NCBI GenBank assembly: GCA_965199495.1
Contig: CBDASK010000003.1
Location: 2,976,001-3,040,000 of the forward strand
Direction: 5' to 3'
DNA from: Abditibacterium sp.
GTDB taxonomy: Bacteria > Armatimonadota > Abditibacteriia > Abditibacteriales > Abditibacteriaceae
DNA: 64,000 bases
Of this stretch, positions 46,680 through 55,335 are shown one piece after another (the stretch's first letter is position 1; each line of letters begins with the position of its first letter). Made by a program: the position numbers and the translations under genes. A model generated the notes under the pieces. The model was not told where the DNA came from. It saw nothing but the letters and a program-made list of their open reading frames with translations, and did no database searches.

Positions 46680-49526
46680 ATGTCCCATTCCGACTTTCCG
46701 CCTGACGAGTTCGATATTGCCTTCGAGGTGCCGCCGCGCCGCGACGCGCGGCCCTCATCGAACTCGCAACCCAATCGTCGCAAAAGCGCGCCGCCGCGCG
46801 CCAAAGCGGGCGCTCGGTCGGGGCGTGGCTCGTCGGCGCTCGACACATTGGACGACGATTTCGATTTCGTGCCCGCCCCACCGCGCCGCAAAACCAACGC
46901 GAAAACCAATTCCAATGCGCGCCCGAAAACCACCAAAGCGCCCGCTTCGTCGCGCAAACTGCGCGCGGTTCACTACGAAATCGCGGGCGTTTTGTTGGTG
47001 GCGTTCGGCGGCTTGTTGGGCTACTACTCGTTGCACCGCCCGATTGATGGCGCCCTGCCGCGCGCGATTCTGGGCGGTTTGCAATTGGCGCTGGGCATCG
47101 GCGCCGTCATCGTGCCGTTTTTGCTGGCGTATTTGGGAGTTTTACTTTTGGTCAAACGTGGACACGCTAATTTGCGTTCGTTCTGGCGCGGCGCGGGCGT
47201 GGCACTTTTGGTTGTGATTACCGCCAAAGCGTTGACGTTGCCGCGCGGCGAAGAGTTTCTCGGTCTCGACGTGATTCGAGCGCACGGCGGCTACATCGGC
47301 AACGGCACCGCCTGGGCGTTGCGGCGCGCGCTGGGCGACTTGGGCGCGATTGTGACGCTCGTCGCGTTTGGCGTCGTGGCGATGATGTTATGGACGGAAC
47401 ACACCGTCGCCGAAATGGGCGAAGAAGTGCGCGGGAAAATGAGCGATTGGTGGCGCGCCGCGCGCGATAAATGGAAGGGCGAGGCGAATGATTGGAAACA
47501 ACAACGCGCTGGAAAAGCGCGCGAAAAAGCCGCGCGTCAGCAGGACAGAGACGTTTTTGACGAGGAAGAATACGATGAAGACGAGGAACTCGGCGCCGTC
47601 GAACTGGAGCCACGGCGCGCTTTGCCCTCTCGCGTTGTGCGCGAGGCGCGCGAAAGCGCGCCGCAAAACGCGTTGCCGATGCGCGAGCCGAAGCGTCAAT
47701 CGCCGTTTTTGCCGATTGAAGATTTGCTCGAAATCGCGCCGATTGATGGCCGCTTGATGCCCGTTAAAGCGACGCCCGAATCGCAGGCGCCGCCCTCGCG
47801 CCCGACGTTTGCGGTTGATCCAGATTCTTTGATTGACGCGCCCAAATTTGAGCGTCCGCGCGTCGAATATCTCGATAGCGCGCCGCCAGTTTCGGTCGTG
47901 GATAATCCGCAAATTGACCTGCGCGCCGTCGTCGCGGGCGAAAACGCCGACCGCGATTTGACGCCGAGTGAAGCTTTGGAAGCCCAAGCGCTTTTATCAG
48001 CCACGGCGGGCGAGAACATCGAAGCGCTCAAACCCGCACGCATCGAAAAGCCGCGCCGTCGCTTTGGCGACGGGCCGCTGATGCCCGAATATTTCGATGA
48101 CGGCGTGCGCGCGCTCGATCCGCCAGTTCCGCCCGATAACGAAGGCGCCGAAGAAGAAATCGCGGCGGGCGTCGAAGGCGTGCAGGAAACGTTGGCCTCG
48201 TTCAAAATTGATGCGCGCGTCACCGATGTGAAGCGCGGCCCGGTCATCACGCGCTACGAAGTGCAACCCGGTTCGGGCGTGCGCGTGAATGCCATCGCCA
48301 ATTTGGACAAAGATTTGGCGCGCGCTTTGAGCGCGCTCGCGGTGCGAATCGAAGCGCCGGTGCCCGGCAAAAACGTCGTCGGCATCGAAATTCCCAACAA
48401 GAAAGTTCATTTGGTGCGCATGCGCGACGTGTTGGAACAGCCCGAATTTCTGGCGCATCCGTCGAAGTTAGCGTTCGTTTTGGGCAAGGACATCGCGGGC
48501 CAACCGAAATGGGGCGACCTCACCAAGATGCCGCACATGCTGATCGCGGGCGCGACGAATTCGGGCAAGTCGGTCTGTCTTAACTCGATTATCGCCTCGA
48601 TTTTGGTGCGCGCGCGGCCCGATGAAGTGCGTCTCTCGCTGATTGACCCCAAACGCGTCGAACTGACGCTTTATAATGGCATTCGCCACCTGATGCACGA
48701 TGTCGTCGTCGAGCCGAAACAAGCCGTTATCGCCTTGCGGCGCTCTATCGAAGAGATGGACAGGCGCTACAAACTGTTCGCCGCGCGCGGCGTGCGCAAC
48801 ATCGTTTCGTATAACGCGAAATTGAAAGAGGGCGAGAAACCGTTGCCTTATATCGTCATCGTCATTGACGAATTGGCCGACCTGATGATGACCGCCGCCG
48901 CCGAATTCGAGAAGCTGATTTGTCGTCTGGCGCAATTGGCGCGCGCGACCGGCATTCACTTGATCGTGGCGACGCAACGACCGAGCGTCAACGTGATTAC
49001 CGGCGTGATTAAAGCCAACATTCCCGCGCGCATCGCGTTCGCCGTGGCTTCGCAGGTGGACTCGCGCACGATTTTGGATTCGGTCGGCGCCGAACGGTTA
49101 ATCGGGTCGGGCGATATGCTTTACGATTCCAACAACGGCGGCAAATCCGTTCGTATTCAGGGCGCGTATTTGAGCGAAGAAGAAGTCAATCGCGTGGTCG
49201 AAGTCGTAAAAGCGGCTTACCAATACGACGATGACGACGAGTTCGATGATTTGCCCGAATTCGATTTGTTCGTGTCCGACGATGACGATGGCGAGAACGA
49301 TTATCAAGAGATGGGCGACGAGAAGAAAGACGCGCTTTACGATGAAATCGTCGAGTTCGTCAAGCGCCATCAGGAGATGAGCGCCAGCAACATTCAGCGC
49401 AAATTCGGCATCGGTTATCCGCGTGCCGGGCGCATCGTTGACCAGTTGGAACGCCACGGCATCGTCGGCCCGGCGGACGGGCCAAAAGCCCGCAAAGTGT
49501 TGGCGCAACGCGATGAAGACGAATAA
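46680..49526 (+). CDS. ftsK: DNA translocase FtsK/SpoIIIE
   Basis: N-terminal transmembrane domain, GATNSGKS, IDELADLM, ATQRPS and gamma domain IQRKFGIGYPRAGRI. Confidence 0.96.
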   Translation: MSHSDFPPDEFDIAFEVPPRRDARPSSNSQPNRRKSAPPRAKAGARSGRGSSALDTLDDDFDFVPAPPRRKTNAKTNSNARPKTTKAPASSRKLRAVHYEIAGVLLVAFGGLLGYYSLHRPIDGALPRAILGGLQLALGIGAVIVPFLLAYLGVLLLVKRGHANLRSFWRGAGVALLVVITAKALTLPRGEEFLGLDVIRAHGGYIGNGTAWALRRALGDLGAIVTLVAFGVVAMMLWTEHTVAEMGEEVRGKMSDWWRAARDKWKGEANDWKQQRAGKAREKAARQQDRDVFDEEEYDEDEELGAVELEPRRALPSRVVREARESAPQNALPMREPKRQSPFLPIEDLLEIAPIDGRLMPVKATPESQAPPSRPTFAVDPDSLIDAPKFERPRVEYLDSAPPVSVVDNPQIDLRAVVAGENADRDLTPSEALEAQALLSATAGENIEALKPARIEKPRRRFGDGPLMPEYFDDGVRALDPPVPPDNEGAEEEIAAGVEGVQETLASFKIDARVTDVKRGPVITRYEVQPGSGVRVNAIANLDKDLARALSALAVRIEAPVPGKNVVGIEIPNKKVHLVRMRDVLEQPEFLAHPSKLAFVLGKDIAGQPKWGDLTKMPHMLIAGATNSGKSVCLNSIIASILVRARPDEVRLSLIDPKRVELTLYNGIRHLMHDVVVEPKQAVIALRRSIEEMDRRYKLFAARGVRNIVSYNAKLKEGEKPLPYIVIVIDELADLMMTAAAEFEKLICRLAQLARATGIHLIVATQRPSVNVITGVIKANIPARIAFAVASQVDSRTILDSVGAERLIGSGDMLYDSNNGGKSVRIQGAYLSEEEVNRVVEVVKAAYQYDDDDEFDDLPEFDLFVSDDDDGENDYQEMGDEKKDALYDEIVEFVKRHQEMSASNIQRKFGIGYPRAGRIVDQLERHGIVGPADGPKARKVLAQRDEDE

Positions 49527-49533
49527 TCGCGCG

Positions 49534-50130
49534 CTACTTTTGTTTCAATAGTTTAGCGACGACCTGTTCCAATTCCCGCGCGTTTTCGTCCGAATAACCA
49601 GTTTGCTGCAAACGCACGACGCCTTTCTTATCCAAAACCAAAATCGTTGGATAGAACATCAGCTCGTTCTTGTCGAAAAACGCGTGGTTTTTGTCGAAGG
49701 CGATGGGATAAGCCAAACCCCAGTTTTTGATTTGGAGTTTGACTTTGTGCCAATCGTTTTCGGCGTTCGCCGCATTTTTGGTATCGCCGGGCGATTGAAA
49801 ACCGACCATTTTTAAGCCGCTTCGACGATATTTGCGATAGAGCGCGCGCCGCGAAGGCGCCTCGTCCTGGCAATGCGAACAGTTAATGCGGAAAAATTCG
49901 ATGACGGTGACTTGGCCTTGCAAGCCGCCGAGCCAAATCGGTTCGCGCGTGTTCATCCAATATTTTTGCGGAATCACCCAGCCGCCGAATTTCTGGCCTT
50001 CCAAATCCTGTTTATGATCGTTCTCGACAATAATGGTTTCGCTTTTTACTTTGGGCTGCTGAGCCAAATTTTGAGGCGCGATGAGAGAACCTGAAAGTAG
50101 AGCGAGGGCGATGAAAGAAAAAAGCTTCAT
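49534..50130 (-). CDS. Exported thioredoxin-like (TlpA/redoxin) protein
   Basis: Signal peptide, CSHC and YPTILVLDKKG. Confidence 0.85.
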   Translation of the reverse strand: MKLFSFIALALLSGSLIAPQNLAQQPKVKSETIIVENDHKQDLEGQKFGGWVIPQKYWMNTREPIWLGGLQGQVTVIEFFRINCSHCQDEAPSRRALYRKYRRSGLKMVGFQSPGDTKNAANAENDWHKVKLQIKNWGLAYPIAFDKNHAFFDKNELMFYPTILVLDKKGVVRLQQTGYSDENARELEQVVAKLLKQK

Positions 50131-50183
50131 AGATTTTTCCGTGAGGTTAGCAAATTATCTCACACTTACGCTCTTCCGACACT

Positions 50184-51302
50184 ATGCGCTCAGTTCACTT
50201 TCTCAGCCAAAATCGGCCCGGCCCACAGATGGGCATGGGCCATTACGAACGGATGCTCATCGCCGCGTTGGGCCGCGAAGCCAATGCCGAAATTTGGCAA
50301 TTCGACATCACGTTCGAGGGCCGCAAACCCGCGCAACCGCTCGACGTGGCTGCATTCGACGCGATGTTAAATCATGCCGACTTTCTCGGTTATTCGACGG
50401 CACGATTGTCGAAATTGCCGTTGAGCGCAGTCCAAACTTTGTTGAATTTGCGCTTCAAAAACAAGCCCGCCGTCACTCATTCGCTGGCTTTATCGTTTCC
50501 TTTGCCGACGAATGCGCCGGGCGTTTTCACGATTCACGATTTGCCGCCCGCGCGCTTTCCCGACGAAGGCCAGCTCGCGCCGTGGGCCAAACGCGCCGCG
50601 CAAAGTGCGCGCTTTGTGATGACGCCTTCGCAGTTCGCCAAACGAGAGTTGGTCGAACTTTTGAATTTGCCCAACGAACGCGTCGTCGTGATTCCCTACG
50701 GCTGCGAACACGAACGTTATCATCCGGGTGTGGCGCCCGCCGATAAAAACCAGTTGAAAAGTTGGGGCATCGAGGGCGAATTTTTGCTTTACGCGGGCGG
50801 TTTCACGCGGCGCAAAAACGTGGCGGCGTTGCTCGAAGCGTGGAAACAAATCGCGGCGGATACTCCCGAATTAACGTTAGTTTTGGCCGGGCCGCAAGCC
50901 AAACTCTCCGCGCTGGCCGATGCAGCCACGGCGCCGCGCGTGTGTCCGATGGGTTACGTCGCGCACACGCAAATGCCCGCTTTGATGAAGGCGGCGCGCG
51001 CCTTAGTTTTCCCGTCGATTTACGAAGGCTTCGGATTGCCGCCGCTCGAAGCGATGGCGCTGGGCGTGCCGGTGATAATCAGCGCGCAAGGCGGCGCGAC
51101 GCCCGAAATCGTCGGCGACGCGGGCGTTATCGCGCGCGACGGTTCGGCTGATGCGCTCGCTGACGCAATGCGCGAATTGTTGGACGACGAAGTGTTGCAA
51201 TCGCGGCTGAAATTAGCGGGGCCAGCGCGCGCAAAAACGTTCGATTGGTCGGATCACGCGCGTGCGGTGTTGGACGTTTATCGGCGGGCGATGGAAAAGT
51301 AA
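50184..51302 (+). CDS. Glycosyltransferase family 4
   Basis: TIHDL, RKN and PSIYEGFGLPPLEAM motifs. Confidence 0.93.
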   Translation: MRSVHFLSQNRPGPQMGMGHYERMLIAALGREANAEIWQFDITFEGRKPAQPLDVAAFDAMLNHADFLGYSTARLSKLPLSAVQTLLNLRFKNKPAVTHSLALSFPLPTNAPGVFTIHDLPPARFPDEGQLAPWAKRAAQSARFVMTPSQFAKRELVELLNLPNERVVVIPYGCEHERYHPGVAPADKNQLKSWGIEGEFLLYAGGFTRRKNVAALLEAWKQIAADTPELTLVLAGPQAKLSALADAATAPRVCPMGYVAHTQMPALMKAARALVFPSIYEGFGLPPLEAMALGVPVIISAQGGATPEIVGDAGVIARDGSADALADAMRELLDDEVLQSRLKLAGPARAKTFDWSDHARAVLDVYRRAMEK

Positions 51303-51320
51303 AACTCGCTGTAGAAAATA

Positions 51321-51357
51321 GAAAAAGGGCCGCCGATTCAATCGGCGGCCCTTTTTC
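51321..51357. terminator. Bidirectional intrinsic terminator
   Basis: GAAAAAGGGCCGCCGAT-TCA-ATCGGCGGCCCTTTTTC. Confidence 0.85.
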
Positions 51358-51360
51358 CGT

Positions 51361-52089
51361 CTATCTTTCTGCGCCCCATGTTTCTTTGACGAAACCGGCT
51401 AAATCGCCGGTATCGGGTTTTTCGCCTTTGACTTCGTGCGCGGGCAATGCGGCCATTAACGGTTCGAGGGCTTGCGACGAAACCGACAGCACGCCAGTGC
51501 GCGCCAGAGATTCGCCGCTTTTGTAGTTGCCGCCGCCAAAGCCGGTGCCGCCAACACGACGGCTACGCACCTGCCAGAAAATTAAATCGTCCTTGCCGAC
51601 ATCAGCCACGGCGAGGCGCATCGAAGCCCACATCAATTTGGTCGTCTTGATGAACGTCTCTTTTTTATAGGGGCGCAACTCTTTGACCTCGCCATAAACG
51701 ACCCAATCGGCGCCCAGCGCCTTTCCGATGCGAAGCGCGTCGGACTTGCGGAGCGGCAAGCCCGGCTCGACATCAGCGTCTTTTTTGAGCGCCTCAATGC
51801 TGTCTTTGAGTGGAATCATCTGGAAACCTTCGTGCTGAAAAAGCAGCCAGTTGGCGCCGGTTCCAATGCGGACGTGGCTGGCATCGGACGCCGTGTCGGC
51901 AAACGGCAAGACGGCGACTTTAGTTTGAGCAGGCGCGGGCAGAGGTTTGAGCGCCGCGACTTCGGCGGCGGTCGTGCCGTCGGTGCTTTCGATCATTTTG
52001 TCTTTGGCAAAACCGGTTTGGGAAAGCGCGAGCGTGCACAACAAAAGTCCGCCGAAAAGCGGCGCATGGGAACGAGAAGAAAATTTCAT
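51361..52089 (-). CDS. Exported hypothetical protein, TolB-N/CsgG-like fold
   Basis: Signal peptide; KVAVLPF and IGKALGADWVVYGEV pattern. Confidence 0.7.
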   Translation of the reverse strand: MKFSSRSHAPLFGGLLLCTLALSQTGFAKDKMIESTDGTTAAEVAALKPLPAPAQTKVAVLPFADTASDASHVRIGTGANWLLFQHEGFQMIPLKDSIEALKKDADVEPGLPLRKSDALRIGKALGADWVVYGEVKELRPYKKETFIKTTKLMWASMRLAVADVGKDDLIFWQVRSRRVGGTGFGGGNYKSGESLARTGVLSVSSQALEPLMAALPAHEVKGEKPDTGDLAGFVKETWGAER

Positions 52090-52179
52090 CGCGCACAATT
52101 TAACAGATTGCACGGAATACAACAACGAAAAAGTTTTCTTCGCCCGGAATACTCAAACTTCGCCGTAAACTAAAGATTA

Positions 52180-55140
52180 ATGTCTTTCCAAGATTACCCC
52201 GATTTTCAACTGACGCGCGAAGTCGAACTTCCGCAAATCCGTGCCCGCGCGCTCGAATTTAAACATTTGCCGACCGGCTTGCGCTTGATGCACCTGGCGA
52301 CCGACGATCCCGAAAACTGTTTTGCGCTCGCGTTTGCCACACCGCCCGCCGATTCGAGTGGCGTGCCGCATATTCTGGAACACGCGGTTTTGGCGGGCAG
52401 CGAAAAGTTTCCCGTGCGCGAGCCGTTCTTTGAACTGATCAAAACTTCGCCCGCCGGTTTCATCAATGCGATGACATCGGACGTTTGGACGATTTATCCG
52501 ATTGCGACGACTTTGGCGCCCGACTTTTGGAATTTGGCCGAGGTTTACGCCGATGCCGTTTTTCATCCGCAACTGACGCGCGAGACGTTTGAGCGCGAAG
52601 GGCATCATTTGGAATTGGCCGAGCCGGGCGACGTGGCTGCTCCGCTCGTGCGTTCGGGCATCGTTTATAACGAGATGAAGGGCGCCTATTCCAATACCGA
52701 AATGGTCATCGGTTGGCGCTTGAAAAACAAGCTGTTTCCCGGTGGCGCTTTGGGCGTGGATTCGGGCGGCGATCCGCAGCATATTCCGAGTCTGGATTGG
52801 GAAGATTTGCGCGGATTTTACCAGCAGTTTTACGCGGCGGGCAACTGCTTTTTGATGGTTTACGGCGATATTTCAACCGAAGAACATCTGGCGTTTTGGA
52901 GCGAAAAACTCAAAGGCGCGCCACAAATGCCATCGCTGGCGGCGCGTCCAACATTCGATGCGTGGGAGCAGCCACGGCGCATCGAAGAAACTTTCGGTAT
53001 CGAGCCGGGCGCCGACGCGAGCGAGCAAACATTTCTTTCGATGCGCTGGCGTTGCGGTGACGGTTTGGATAAATACGAAGAAACCAAATGGGATGTGCTT
53101 TCTCGGCTTCTCAGTGGACACGATGGCGCACCGCTCAAAAAAGCGTTGGTTAGTTCCAAGTTGGGCGCCGATGTCATGGCGGCGGGCGTCGAGGGCGTCG
53201 AATCGGAATTGACGTTTCACGTCGCGGTCAAAGGCTCGGAACCGGAGCGCGCCGATGAATTTGAATCGTTCGTGTTGCGCACGCTCGAATCTATCGCCGA
53301 CGCCGGTTTTGGCGCCGAAGAAATCGGCACGGCGTTGCGTCAGGCGGCTTACGAAACTCTGGAAGTTCCGTCGCTGTTTCCGCTCCATTTGGCGATGGAC
53401 GCCGCGCGTTATGCGACGTGCGGCGCCGATCCGCTCGACGTGACGCGTTCGCGCGAAATGCTCGACAAAGTGCGCGCGCAAAGCGAAAGCGACGACCTGT
53501 TTTTTTCGTGCATGATTCGCGACGGATTGTTGAATAATCCGCATCGTTTGCTGACGGTTTTTCGGCCCGACGAAACGCAGGCCGCGCGCGAAGAAGCTCG
53601 CGAACGCGACGAATTGGCGGCGCTCAAAGCGACTTTGGACGAAGCGCAGTTGCGCGCGATTGACGAGCGCGCCCGCGAATTGGAAGCCTCGCAAAACGAG
53701 CCGAATTCGCCCGAAGCGTTGGCGACGTTGCCGCGTTTGGCCAAGGGCGATTTGCCCGACGCGCCGCGCGAAATTCCGACGCAAATCATCGAAACCGAAG
53801 GTTTTACCGTGTTGCGCAACGACGTATTTTCCAACGGCGTGGTTTATCTGCGCGCGGCGGTTGACGTGCGCGACTTGCCGCCGCATTTGTGGAAATGGGT
53901 GCCGCTGTGGGCCGAGGCGTTCGAGAAAATGGGCGCCGATGGCGAAAACTGGGCGACAACGGCGGCGCGGCGCGCCAAATATACCGGTAGTCTGGGCGTC
54001 GGGCCACGCGCGGTTACAAAGGCGCGGAGCGGCGTGCCGGTTGTTGACATCGAATTGTCGCTCAAAACGTTGGATGGCGATATCCACGGCGCTTTGGATT
54101 TGGTCGGCGATTTGTTGTGGAAACTCGACGCGACCGACCGCGAGCGTTTGCTCGAAATCGCCACGCAACGCGCGGCGGGTCTGCGCGACGATTTGGTCAA
54201 CGGCGCGATGACGACGGTGCAATTGGCGTCGGCGCAGAGCGTTTCGCCGGTCGGTTGGTTGCCCTATCTGTGGCATTCGCCGCTCGCGTTGAAATGGACG
54301 AAAGAATTGACCGGATCGTTTGCGGCCCAAGCCGACGAGATTATCGAAGGCATCAATGGCGTGCGCGACTTTTTGCTTCAGCGCGCGCGTTGGACGTGGA
54401 GTTTTACGGGCGGCGACGCACCGTTTGGCGCCTTTGAGAAACGTTTAAACGAGTGGGGCGGACAAATGAGCGGCGATGTTTTGCCCGGCGCCATCGAGCC
54501 GACGGCAGGACAGAGCGAAAGGGATGGTGGGCAAACGTTGCCGCAAATGCTCGGATTGGCAGCGCCTTTGGATGTTCAGTTTTGCGCGCAAAGTTTTAAG
54601 GCGCCCGCCGAATCCGATCAGCCGCTCGTTGATTTGGGATTGGCGTTGATGCGTTTCGATTATTTTCTGCCCGAAATTCGCTTGAAAGGCAACGCTTACG
54701 GCGGCGGCGGCAACTTGCGAGGCGAAGCAGGCGTGACGACGTTTTTCTCCTATCGCGACCCGCGTTTGAGCGAAACTTTGAATGTGTTCGCGGGCGCGCT
54801 CCCTTGGGCCAAAAAGCAAAAGTGGACGGACGACGATCTGGAACGCGCGTTGTTGGGCAATGTGGGCGACGCGGTTCCAGCGATTCGCCCGGCGGCTTCG
54901 ACGGCGAGCGCGATTCATCGTTATCGGCGCGGCGAAACCGCCGAAATGCGCGCCGAAAATTACGCGAAGAAGTTGGGCGCCAAAGCGTCGGATGTTCAAA
55001 GCACCCTCGTTGAATATTTAGAGGCCGAGTTGCCAAGCAGCCACGTCGCCGTGGCTGCATCGCGCGTGGCCTTGGAAAAAGCCAATGCCACGCGCGGAGA
55101 GCAGGGCAAAACGGTGTTGGAAATTCGCGATATGGTTTGA
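52180..55140 (+). CDS. M16C (presequence protease-like) metallopeptidase
   Basis: GVPHILEH, GIVYNEMKG, IRLKGNAYG and SYRDP motifs. Confidence 0.93.
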   Translation: MSFQDYPDFQLTREVELPQIRARALEFKHLPTGLRLMHLATDDPENCFALAFATPPADSSGVPHILEHAVLAGSEKFPVREPFFELIKTSPAGFINAMTSDVWTIYPIATTLAPDFWNLAEVYADAVFHPQLTRETFEREGHHLELAEPGDVAAPLVRSGIVYNEMKGAYSNTEMVIGWRLKNKLFPGGALGVDSGGDPQHIPSLDWEDLRGFYQQFYAAGNCFLMVYGDISTEEHLAFWSEKLKGAPQMPSLAARPTFDAWEQPRRIEETFGIEPGADASEQTFLSMRWRCGDGLDKYEETKWDVLSRLLSGHDGAPLKKALVSSKLGADVMAAGVEGVESELTFHVAVKGSEPERADEFESFVLRTLESIADAGFGAEEIGTALRQAAYETLEVPSLFPLHLAMDAARYATCGADPLDVTRSREMLDKVRAQSESDDLFFSCMIRDGLLNNPHRLLTVFRPDETQAAREEARERDELAALKATLDEAQLRAIDERARELEASQNEPNSPEALATLPRLAKGDLPDAPREIPTQIIETEGFTVLRNDVFSNGVVYLRAAVDVRDLPPHLWKWVPLWAEAFEKMGADGENWATTAARRAKYTGSLGVGPRAVTKARSGVPVVDIELSLKTLDGDIHGALDLVGDLLWKLDATDRERLLEIATQRAAGLRDDLVNGAMTTVQLASAQSVSPVGWLPYLWHSPLALKWTKELTGSFAAQADEIIEGINGVRDFLLQRARWTWSFTGGDAPFGAFEKRLNEWGGQMSGDVLPGAIEPTAGQSERDGGQTLPQMLGLAAPLDVQFCAQSFKAPAESDQPLVDLGLALMRFDYFLPEIRLKGNAYGGGGNLRGEAGVTTFFSYRDPRLSETLNVFAGALPWAKKQKWTDDDLERALLGNVGDAVPAIRPAASTASAIHRYRRGETAEMRAENYAKKLGAKASDVQSTLVEYLEAELPSSHVAVAASRVALEKANATRGEQGKTVLEIRDMV

Positions 55141-55142
55141 GT

Positions 55143-55245
55143 TTTCCGTAGAGAGCCGATTTATCGCGTCTAAAATGCCGATTTGCTTCTTACGTGGAGG
55201 TAAGTTGAACGTGTTAGACGCGATAAATCGGCGTCTCTACGGAAA
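55143..55245. repeat. GTAG-type REP doublet, copy 6
   Basis: TTTCCGTAGAGAGCCGATTTATCGCGTCTAA...TTAGACGCGATAAATCGGCGTCTCTACGGAAA. Confidence 0.88.
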
Positions 55246-55335
55246 TCCGGTGCTAACCTAAATTCGTCCGTCGCAACCGCAGCCCAATTTAATCGTCACC
55301 TTTGGCAACTCCGTCGCTTTATCGCGACGCAAATT

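Noticed and set aside
46680..49526. Direct link between ftsK being in this window and the CGTGGCTGC motif
   Set aside because: KOPS-type motifs are genome-wide, so proximity to ftsK is not evidence.
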